Shown piece after piece: positions 57,030-64,000 of a stretch of 64,000 nucleotides of DNA (positions within the stretch are counted from its first letter, which is position 1; every line of letters starts with the position of its first letter). A program made the position numbers and the translations under genes. The stretch spans positions 48,486-112,485 of the forward strand of contig MGGJ01000001.1 of NCBI GenBank assembly GCA_001792345.1, given 5' to 3'. The notes beneath the pieces are model-generated. The model was not told where the DNA came from. It worked only from the letters and a program-made list of their open reading frames with translations, and did not search any database. Source of the stretch: Candidatus Woesebacteria bacterium RIFCSPHIGHO2_01_FULL_39_32 (GTDB lineage: Bacteria; Patescibacteriota; Microgenomatia; UBA8517).

Positions 57030-58184
57030 ATGGAACGAGTTGTGATTGTAATGGCTGCTTGGAACGAAGCAGAAAATATCAAGCGGATGATTGATACCTT
57101 ATTTGACGAGGTATTCCCCAAAATTAACGCAGAAATGCACCTTCTTGTCGCCGATAATAATTCAACCGATGGGATGACCCAGATTGTGGAAGGGGAAATG
57201 AAGAAAAGGAAAAATCTTCACATTGTTCAGCAGGGTGAGAAAAAAGGATTAGGAAACGCGTATGTCACGGGATTTAAATATGCGATTTACAAACTTGGTG
57301 CCGATGCTGTCATGGAAATGGATGCAGATGGACAACATCCGCCGCAATTCGTCAAACCGATGGTTGATGCATATCTGTCGGGTGCAGATTATATTATTGG
57401 TTCGAGATATATCCCTGGGGGTTCGGTTCCAAAAGAATGGGCATTTTTCAGAAAATTTATCAGCTTTGCAGGCAATTTATTTATCCGTTTAGTTTTTCTT
57501 AAGCCTTCAATTCACGACTTAACGACGGGATTCAGATTAACAAGAATCAGAGGAGTATTAGATAAAATCGACCTTGATAACTTAATGGAAAAAGAAAGAT
57601 TTGCATATAAAGTTGATCTTTTATACCAGTCTATTAAAAACGCAAAAAAGACGGTTGAAGTTCCATTAGAATTTAGACCAAGGACAACTGATAAATCAAA
57701 GTTTAATACAAAGGAGATGATTGCAACCTTCAAAATTGCGATCATTTTGGGAATCAAGGATAAGGCTAAGTTTATTAAGTTCGGAACAGTTGGTTTTGCG
57801 GGGTATTTGGTCAATGCAATTGGTTTGTGGCTTTTTACGAAATGGCAATGGCCAGGACCGTTAGTTTGGGGAGCTTCAACTGAGCTCGCGATAATAAATA
57901 ATTTTATTTTTAACAATATTTGGACATTCAAAACTGAAAAAATAACCGGATTAACAAATTTAGTCAAGAAATTCTTTCAGTTTAATCTGACTAGCGCTGG
58001 AGCACTTATCATTCAGGTTGTTTTCGGGAGCCTATCTGATATTATTTTTGGTCCGCAATATAGACAACTTGCTCTCCCCATTATAATTGTGTTTCTTGTA
58101 CTTCCTTACAACTACTTCATGTACAACGTAGTTATCTGGAAAAGCTGGAATCTTGCAAAGATTTTTAAGAAAAATAGATCCTAA
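57030..58184 (+). CDS. GT2 dolichyl/undecaprenyl-phosphate sugar synthase (DPM1-like) fused to a C-terminal GtrA-like 4-TM domain
   Basis: VVIVMAAWNEAENI; DNNSTDGM; EMDADGQH; C-terminal KFGTVGFAGYLVNAIGLWLF (GtrA motif). Confidence 0.65.
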   Translation: MERVVIVMAAWNEAENIKRMIDTLFDEVFPKINAEMHLLVADNNSTDGMTQIVEGEMKKRKNLHIVQQGEKKGLGNAYVTGFKYAIYKLGADAVMEMDADGQHPPQFVKPMVDAYLSGADYIIGSRYIPGGSVPKEWAFFRKFISFAGNLFIRLVFLKPSIHDLTTGFRLTRIRGVLDKIDLDNLMEKERFAYKVDLLYQSIKNAKKTVEVPLEFRPRTTDKSKFNTKEMIATFKIAIILGIKDKAKFIKFGTVGFAGYLVNAIGLWLFTKWQWPGPLVWGASTELAIINNFIFNNIWTFKTEKITGLTNLVKKFFQFNLTSAGALIIQVVFGSLSDIIFGPQYRQLALPIIIVFLVLPYNYFMYNVVIWKSWNLAKIFKKNRS

Positions 58185-58255
58185 TCCATTTCTCCTTTTA
58201 CGTGGGTTTACTCCATATTTAACCGACTAATAATTAGTTTCGAAGAAATGAGAGT

Positions 58256-59203
58256 ATGACTCTGGAATACGAAGATACTACTCAAGAAACAAAAGGTTCT
58301 TCCTATTATGATCCTTTTGTTTGGGCTTATTTCAAGTTAGGATCTGTAGATACGGTAATCAGATTACACCCTCAACATGGGGTGTCATTTGCAGAGTTGC
58401 ACAGAGAACTAGATAAGAGAGGAATAATTAAACTGAAAGGTTACAATTCCGGTATGAAGCATGCCTTCTATTTCTTTCAGGAAATTGTAAGTAGCAAACT
58501 GCCTATTGAGAGATTGTATAAATCTATGCCTCCAAGCTTGAAAGAAAAAGTATCATTTCCAACTCTACATAGAATTTGGCAAAATCTAGCCTTCACCGAT
58601 ACTCCGGAGGAGGAAATCAGGAGATTTGGAACAATGTTAGTTATACAACCAGAAGGAAACGAAGATGTTGTACTTGTCGGAAGAGACGTATCACCTCCAA
58701 ACGATAAATACGGGAAGAAATTTGGTGCATGGACCTTCCCAATGGGTTTTAGTTCAAAAGGAATACCTAGAGAAGGGGCTTTGAGGATTTTCCAGCAGGA
58801 AGTAGCTACACCTTGGGCGGTAAATGGATTTCTCTCAGCTCGTGGTAGTCTTATGGGATTAATTCTGCCTGAGGATAGATTACCTTTTATGAGACTTAAT
58901 ATAGCGGATGTTGGGGTTAATGCATTTCAAATTACCTTACCGCGAGAATTGTGTGATCTTGATAATTTAGACAGCTTCAAGCTTACAGACTACAGATGGA
59001 CAGAGGTCTCGGAATTAGCTTTACAGTCTCCCGAAGATCCTATCTACAGGAGTGGCGTCGTAGACGTTGCACGCAAGTATTTGAATCTTTTGAGTTATAG
59101 AGAAGAAAGACTTCCTATTTGTCAAAATTCAACTCTCAATTCCAGACTTCGCGAACTTTTTGTTCTGCCAGTTTTCAAGCAAACAGTATGGGCTAGAACT
59201 TAG
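58256..59203 (+). CDS. Hypothetical protein (weak Nudix-like segment)
   Basis: GFSSKGIPREGALRIFQQEV only loosely matches the Nudix box; otherwise unassigned. Confidence 0.25.
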   Translation: MTLEYEDTTQETKGSSYYDPFVWAYFKLGSVDTVIRLHPQHGVSFAELHRELDKRGIIKLKGYNSGMKHAFYFFQEIVSSKLPIERLYKSMPPSLKEKVSFPTLHRIWQNLAFTDTPEEEIRRFGTMLVIQPEGNEDVVLVGRDVSPPNDKYGKKFGAWTFPMGFSSKGIPREGALRIFQQEVATPWAVNGFLSARGSLMGLILPEDRLPFMRLNIADVGVNAFQITLPRELCDLDNLDSFKLTDYRWTEVSELALQSPEDPIYRSGVVDVARKYLNLLSYREERLPICQNSTLNSRLRELFVLPVFKQTVWART

Positions 59204-59280
59204 AAGAATAAATCATCCATGTTCCTTTTCTAAAACCAGTTCGGCCGAAGTATCGCAATTGTATAATACCAATTAATTAT

Positions 59281-60477
59281 TTACAAAAGCGGGGCCCAGT
59301 CGGAGATAGGCATAACATTTTGGGAAATGTAGGATAGGGAAAAAAGATATATTGGAATTAGTAAGATGGCCATAACCAGTTTAAATTCTTTTTTAACTAG
59401 GGTATCCGAAAATGCTGCAAATAAAAACGGAACAATGGGTAGCGAGTAACGGATGAGATCTCGGTGAGATACAAAAAGTATAGAGAAAAAGAAGATTCCC
59501 ACAAACCACGCGATCTGAGTTTCCTTCATTTTTATTAATTTAAGAAGACCTAAGATGCCAAAAAGATAGACAAAAATTACTTCTTCCAACCAAAAAGTTC
59601 CTACCCAAGGAGCCGAGTAATTAAAAATTTGAAATGGGGGAAAGAAAAGATGAATGTTGTCCCCCGAATGAAAGTATGCCAGAAAGTCATTTAATTGTAT
59701 TTTATAAAAAATAAAAACAGAGAGAAGTGCTATTGGAATTAAACATATTGAGAAAATCTTTTTGAAATCGACTGTTGTAGCCAACTTGGAGGCAGTGATA
59801 GTAGCTAATGTTTTAAGTTTGGGTAATGTTAAGTAAAGGAAATAAGCAATAAAAAGTAAAATTGCAGGAGACTTTGTAATTTGTGCAATTGCGCCCCAAA
59901 ACCCTGCTAATAGATACCTTTCTTTTCTGAAATAATGTAGCGAAGCGATAATTGAGGCTAAAAATAAGGGTTCTACTGATCCAACTGAGCGGACGACTAA
60001 CCACCGAGCTGGGAATAAGGCAAATATAAAAGTAACCCAAAGTGCGTTTTCTTTTTTAACAAATTCCTGAATAAAGACATAAAAAAAGTATGTTGCAATG
60101 ATGGAGCTGAGTAAGGTGACGAAGAGCATTGAATAGGGAAATCCGGAAATAGGCGCAAATGTTCTTACAAGTAAAGGGTAAAGAGGGAAGTGGGCCGCAT
60201 AGTATTGGCTTGGAAGTCCGAATTCGTAGTTGCCAACTAATTCCGGATTATAAAGAGTCTTTGCGACTACTAAATATAGCGGTCCATCGTAGTTGGCTAC
60301 GATTGTTCCCATTCCATTTGGTGGTATCGGGATTCCCCAAACGCTTTGTAATCTAACAAAAAATGGAATCCACAACAAAATTGTGGGGAGAAGTGAAATA
60401 AATACAATGCTTAAAATTTTTTTTAATTTCACGGTTACCTTAGTCAAAATGATATAACGTTTTCGTCTATTTAACAA
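59281..60477 (-). CDS. Polytopic membrane protein, putative glycosyltransferase (GT-C-like)
   Basis: 398 aa, ~10 TM helices; no firm motif. Confidence 0.3.
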   Translation of the reverse strand: MLNRRKRYIILTKVTVKLKKILSIVFISLLPTILLWIPFFVRLQSVWGIPIPPNGMGTIVANYDGPLYLVVAKTLYNPELVGNYEFGLPSQYYAAHFPLYPLLVRTFAPISGFPYSMLFVTLLSSIIATYFFYVFIQEFVKKENALWVTFIFALFPARWLVVRSVGSVEPLFLASIIASLHYFRKERYLLAGFWGAIAQITKSPAILLFIAYFLYLTLPKLKTLATITASKLATTVDFKKIFSICLIPIALLSVFIFYKIQLNDFLAYFHSGDNIHLFFPPFQIFNYSAPWVGTFWLEEVIFVYLFGILGLLKLIKMKETQIAWFVGIFFFSILFVSHRDLIRYSLPIVPFLFAAFSDTLVKKEFKLVMAILLIPIYLFSLSYISQNVMPISDWAPLL

Positions 60478-60500
60478 ATAGACCTAAGTTTTGAAGTTTT

Positions 60501-61469
60501 TCAGTAATTTTTTGCTCCCGATTTTAAGCGGAATCTAAAACCCGCTTTTTTTGCCCAATCATCAGTATTTGTTGTAAGAAGAAGCATTACGAGGTGTTTC
60601 CATTTCCCCCATTTTTTATCAGCAAAATTCCTGAGTTTTTCATCTGGGAGGACCTTGCCTTTGAAGTAAAATTGGTAAAGTGCTTCACGGCTAAATAAAT
60701 CCAGATGAAAAGTTGGAAGGCGAAATCCTATTCCAATAGTTAAATCGGCTGTATATGGACCAACACCAGGCAACTCTATAAGTTTTTCTCTGATTTTTTC
60801 AATGTCTTTAATTTTACGAAGATCATCGAGGTTTATTTTCTCTTTAACAATCTTTTCGGCAACACCTTTTATGTATTTATCTCTATATCCTACTTTACAA
60901 GCACGTATATCAGAAATATCAACCTTTGCGAGCGTTTCAAGTGAGGGAAATGTGTAATAGACTTTGCCTTTAAATTTTTGTTTTTCTCCAAATCGTTCAC
61001 AAAGAAGTCTTTGCATCTCGTAAATTCTTTTGAATAAAACATTCTGAGCAACAATTACTCCCAGCACAGACTCAAAAACGTAAGGGTCTGTCCGCAAGTG
61101 TGCACCGTAAATTTCTTCGGAAGCGGCTTTTAAAACTGGATCTTCCTGACAAATAACTTCATAAAAGTATTTAACTTCTTCATTCACATCAAAAATCCAC
61201 GTTAATAATTCAATAAGACGTTTTTGTTCGTCATTGATTAGCATATTTTTAGAGTAAAGTGTAATTATAAGAGAAGGCTTAGGCTTTTCTTTAAAACCAG
61301 TTCTGGTCAGTACAAATTTCCCTGAGTCGAGTTTAAACAATCGAACAAGTTCGTTTCCTTCAACAACCCAGGGCGCAAAAACGTAGTGGGTCAGAAAGAA
61401 ATTAAAATTATACGGCTGTGATTTTTCGGGAACTGGAACAAAAAATTTTTTACTTATTACCTTTTTCAT
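60501..61469 (-). CDS. HhH-GPD superfamily DNA glycosylase (AlkA/Ogg-like)
   Basis: LIELPGVGPYTADL helix-hairpin-helix followed by a catalytic Asp (FHLDLFS). Confidence 0.55.
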   Translation of the reverse strand: MKKVISKKFFVPVPEKSQPYNFNFFLTHYVFAPWVVEGNELVRLFKLDSGKFVLTRTGFKEKPKPSLIITLYSKNMLINDEQKRLIELLTWIFDVNEEVKYFYEVICQEDPVLKAASEEIYGAHLRTDPYVFESVLGVIVAQNVLFKRIYEMQRLLCERFGEKQKFKGKVYYTFPSLETLAKVDISDIRACKVGYRDKYIKGVAEKIVKEKINLDDLRKIKDIEKIREKLIELPGVGPYTADLTIGIGFRLPTFHLDLFSREALYQFYFKGKVLPDEKLRNFADKKWGKWKHLVMLLLTTNTDDWAKKAGFRFRLKSGAKNY

Positions 61470-61878
61470 CGGGCCAAGGATAAGGCATTAATTCGGAAAT
61501 TGGAATTTGTTTGATTTTTCCTTTTTCCTTGAGAATAACTAGTGTATCAATACCGCTTCTTAAACTGCTTTCCCAAATAAGTTGTTTGCAAATATGACAA
61601 TTCGGTCCGGTTATCGCAATGATTTCTGTTTCCCCGTGGTTAGCGGCGTGGGCTAAAGCAGAAGCTTCCGAGTGCATAGTTAATGTGGCAGTGTCCGATC
61701 CGTATGAAGCCCCGGTATAAATATTTCCGGATTTAGTCAAAAGAGCTACAGAGAATCCAACACCCTTTTCCGGATAAGTATTCTGGATTGCTTTTGTTCC
61801 AGCTTTAAAGAGTTTTTCACACTCAATTAATGAAAGTGTATAAACTTCTTTTCTGTTGATTATTTTCTTCTGCATCAT
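61450..61878 (-). CDS. cdd: Cytidine/deoxycytidylate deaminase family protein
   Basis: Zinc-binding HSEASAL (H-x-E) and PNCHICKQ (PCxxC) motifs. Confidence 0.55.
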   Translation of the reverse strand: MMQKKIINRKEVYTLSLIECEKLFKAGTKAIQNTYPEKGVGFSVALLTKSGNIYTGASYGSDTATLTMHSEASALAHAANHGETEIIAITGPNCHICKQLIWESSLRSGIDTLVILKEKGKIKQIPISELMPYPWPDEKGNK

Positions 61879-61921
61879 TTAGATTTTCGTCTTTTATTTG
61901 GCCTGTGTCAATATGGAACTT

Positions 61922-61947
61922 GTATCCGTGGACTAGTCTACGGATAC
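61922..61947. promoter_or_regulatory. 26-bp near-perfect palindrome GTATCCGTGGACTAGTCTACGGATAC in a divergent intergenic region
   Basis: 8-bp perfect outer arms plus a palindromic GACTAGTC core; 13 nt before the ATG at 61961. Confidence 0.4.
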
Positions 61948-61960
61948 AAACAAACTATTT

Positions 61961-62710
61961 ATGGAATCTTCCGTGGTCAATATGCTAGACTTTGAGCGTA
62001 TGGCGAAATTAATTAAAGAAATTTCGGTGTTTTTTCCTGCTTACAATTTAGAATCTAAAATTGAAAAAACTGTAAAAGACGCCTTTGAGGCAATTCCTAA
62101 GTTAGCAGACAAATACGAAATAATTGTTATTAATGATGGAAGTAAGGACAAAACAGGAAATAAACTCGCTGATTTAAGAGCTAAGTTCAATAATTTAAGA
62201 ATAATTACACATAAAGTAAATAAGGGTTATGGTGGGGCATTAAAGTCCGGATTTTATAATTCTAAATATTCTTGGATCGCTTTTACTGATGCTGACGGGC
62301 AGTTTGATATTTCTGAACTGCCGCAACTTATAAGAAAACAAAAGCAAACGAATGCAGATTTAGTTGCGGGTTTTTATTTAAAAAGAGCAGTTCCATGGTG
62401 GCGTAAATTAAATACCTGGTTATGGCAGTTATTTGTTAGATTACTTTTCGGCTTAAATGTAAGAGACGTAGATTGTGGATTTAAGTTAATTAGTAAGAAG
62501 GTTATAGATACTATTCCTAAACTGGAATCCGAAAGAGGTGCATTCATATCAAGCGAGTTTTTAATTAAGGCTCAGAAATACGGTTTTAAAATCGCTGAAG
62601 CCGGTGTGCATCATTACCCAAGAACAGAAGGAAAAGGAACAGGAGCCGATTTGAACGTAATAGTTAAAAGCTTTGTAGATCTTTTTAAATTATGGCGGAA
62701 ATTAAAATAG
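61961..62710 (+). CDS. GT2 glycosyltransferase (DPM1-like polyprenyl-phosphate sugar synthase)
   Basis: SVFFPAYNLES; VINDGSKDKT; TDADGQ. Confidence 0.65.
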   Translation: MESSVVNMLDFERMAKLIKEISVFFPAYNLESKIEKTVKDAFEAIPKLADKYEIIVINDGSKDKTGNKLADLRAKFNNLRIITHKVNKGYGGALKSGFYNSKYSWIAFTDADGQFDISELPQLIRKQKQTNADLVAGFYLKRAVPWWRKLNTWLWQLFVRLLFGLNVRDVDCGFKLISKKVIDTIPKLESERGAFISSEFLIKAQKYGFKIAEAGVHHYPRTEGKGTGADLNVIVKSFVDLFKLWRKLK

Positions 62711-64000
62711 CAATAAACAATAAACAAGAAGCGATAAGAAACTGGGTTAAGAAAAACCGCTTGGAGGCAATACTTATTGCAATCATAATTCTTGTTGGAG
62801 CGTACTTACGACTTTACCGCATTGATGAGTACATGACCTTTTTGGGAGATGAGGGGAGAGATGTAATTGTTGTCAGAAAACTTTTAGTAGATTTTGATCC
62901 AATACTGGTCGGTCCAGGAACCTCAATCGGAGATATGTACTTGGGGCCTTTGTACTACTACATGATGGCCCCAGCACTTTTATTGGCAAACTTTTCTCCG
63001 GTAGGACCCGCCGTGATGATTGCACTTTTAGGTATATTGACGATATTTCTTGTTTGGAAAATTACAAGGGAATGGTTTGGTCCCGCAGCTGCGGGATTAT
63101 CCGCACTTCTTTATGCGACTGCACCAATAGTCATTATTTATTCCCGATCTTCGTGGAATCCAAATATTATGCCCTTTTTTGCGCTTCTATGTATTTACGC
63201 TACTTGGGAAATATGGCAAAAACATGAGTGGAAGTGGTTAATTGTTTTGGGAATTTCTTACGCCTTCGTTCTCCAGTCGCATTATCTAGGATTATTGCTA
63301 GCGCCGGTAATCGGATTTTTTTGGTTATTAACATACTTAAAGATTAAAGGTAAAACTCATGTTGTGAAAGAATTTTTAAGAAAATCTTTTTTTGGTTTTG
63401 GAATATTTGCGATATTAATGTCACCATTATTAATATTTGATGCTCGCCACGGATGGAGGAATTTTTCGGCAATAAGAAGATTTTTCTTTGAACGACAAAC
63501 AACCGTATCCGCAAGACCCTGGACAGCATTACCAAAACTTTGGTCAATCATTGAAAAGATAACCACAAGACTACTTAGCGGAACATATTTTTTGGTCGGA
63601 AAGTTTATTTCCATCTTCTTTGTTCTTGGTTTTCTACTGGCAGTTGTTAGACAAGTTTCATTACGTTTAACGAATTCTACATCTCAACATAGAACTGTAG
63701 AAAAATTAACAAAAGATAAGTTTAGTTCAGCAGCATTTTTAGTGCTCTTTGTTTGGATTGGAGTAGCTTTAATAGGCTTAGGTGTTTATAAGCAAGAAAT
63801 TTATGATCATTATTACGGCTTTTTCTTTCCTGCTCCTTTCATTCTTTTTGGAGGCATAATAGCAACTTTAACAGAAACCGTAAAAGAAAAAATATTTATA
63901 TTGAGGTGGTTAACATATTTGATAATTTTTCTAGCGATATTCTTTTTGGTATTACTAAATATTCGTTATTCTCCTTTACGGTATCCTCCGAATAGACAAC
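62692..64000 (+). CDS. GT-C membrane glycosyltransferase, ArnT/PMT (GT83/GT39)-like, 3'-truncated by the window end
   Basis: Open frame from the ATG at 62692 to the window end (not in the ORF track); first loop FLGDEGRDVIVVRKLL parallels the ArnT DExRYxxxxRxM motif; many TM helices. Confidence 0.5.
   Translation, partial: MAEIKIAINNKQEAIRNWVKKNRLEAILIAIIILVGAYLRLYRIDEYMTFLGDEGRDVIVVRKLLVDFDPILVGPGTSIGDMYLGPLYYYMMAPALLLANFSPVGPAVMIALLGILTIFLVWKITREWFGPAAAGLSALLYATAPIVIIYSRSSWNPNIMPFFALLCIYATWEIWQKHEWKWLIVLGISYAFVLQSHYLGLLLAPVIGFFWLLTYLKIKGKTHVVKEFLRKSFFGFGIFAILMSPLLIFDARHGWRNFSAIRRFFFERQTTVSARPWTALPKLWSIIEKITTRLLSGTYFLVGKFISIFFVLGFLLAVVRQVSLRLTNSTSQHRTVEKLTKDKFSSAAFLVLFVWIGVALIGLGVYKQEIYDHYYGFFFPAPFILFGGIIATLTETVKEKIFILRWLTYLIIFLAIFFLVLLNIRYSPLRYPPNRQ

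Noticed and set aside
59204-59280. TTCGGCCGAA palindrome between convergent genes as a bidirectional terminator
   Set aside because: The stem is only 3-5 bp with a 0-4 nt loop and no flanking U-tract, which is too weak to call.
1-64000. Alternative genetic code (UGA=Gly, code 25) as in some CPR lineages
   Set aside because: TGA clearly terminates conserved genes (FKBP at 11533, vapC-adjacent copy) and an RF2 gene is present. The standard code fits all conserved ORFs.
1-64000. tRNA, rRNA, tmRNA, RNase P or SRP RNA genes
   Set aside because: No intergenic region is long enough or shows the conserved cores (for example RNase P AGGAAAGUCC, or the SRP GGAA tetraloop helix). The only structured non-coding candidate is the 21441-21600 leader.

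Overview
This 64-kb window is AT-rich (roughly 38-40% GC by eye), densely coding, and mostly on the + strand. It uses the standard genetic code: TGA serves as a stop codon and an intact RF2 gene (prfB) is present. Reduced genes, including a 101-aa mini-TsaB, and an archease-RtcB pair are compatible with an ultra-small Patescibacteria (CPR)-like bacterium, but this is an inference only. The main content, in order, is as follows. (1) tdh-kbl, and a membrane-anchored Hsp100/Clp ATPase. (2) An alpha-glucan cluster: glycogen-synthase-like GT, GH57, GH15, and a ROK kinase. (3) Cell-envelope genes: a LytR_C protein, a membrane FKBP, prfB, ftsE-ftsX with an EnvC-like degenerate LytM protein, an LTD protein, vanZ, tsaE, galE, and mini-tsaB. 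(4) A leader-controlled operon of three paralogous, acidic, Cys-pair-containing secreted repeat proteins (21.6-26.5 kb) followed by a sortase. (5) A CAP-domain protein, galU, and archease-rtcB, with a Phd/VapC toxin-antitoxin cassette sitting between 37-bp direct repeats that duplicate the rtcB 3' end. (6) A ~17-kb surface-glycan locus: rmlABCD; a 1568-aa GT2-GT2(QxxRW)-Wzx-GT4 megaprotein; GT4; a PIG-L deacetylase; GT2; a CE4-GrpB fusion; two polytopic membrane proteins that may be GT-C-like; and a GH-A-like hydrolase. (7) A LAATG sortase-substrate pair, trmD, pgeF, a MacAB-like efflux system, a TrpR-like regulator flanked by palindromes, a DPM-synthase-GtrA fusion, a DNA glycosylase, cdd, another DPM-like GT2, and an ArnT-like GT-C protein running off the window end. 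No rRNA, tRNA, CRISPR array or transposase was detected. The strongest candidates for undescribed biology are the riboswitch-like leader plus the repeat-protein/sortase operon, the four-module glycan megaprotein, and the toxin-antitoxin insertion into rtcB.
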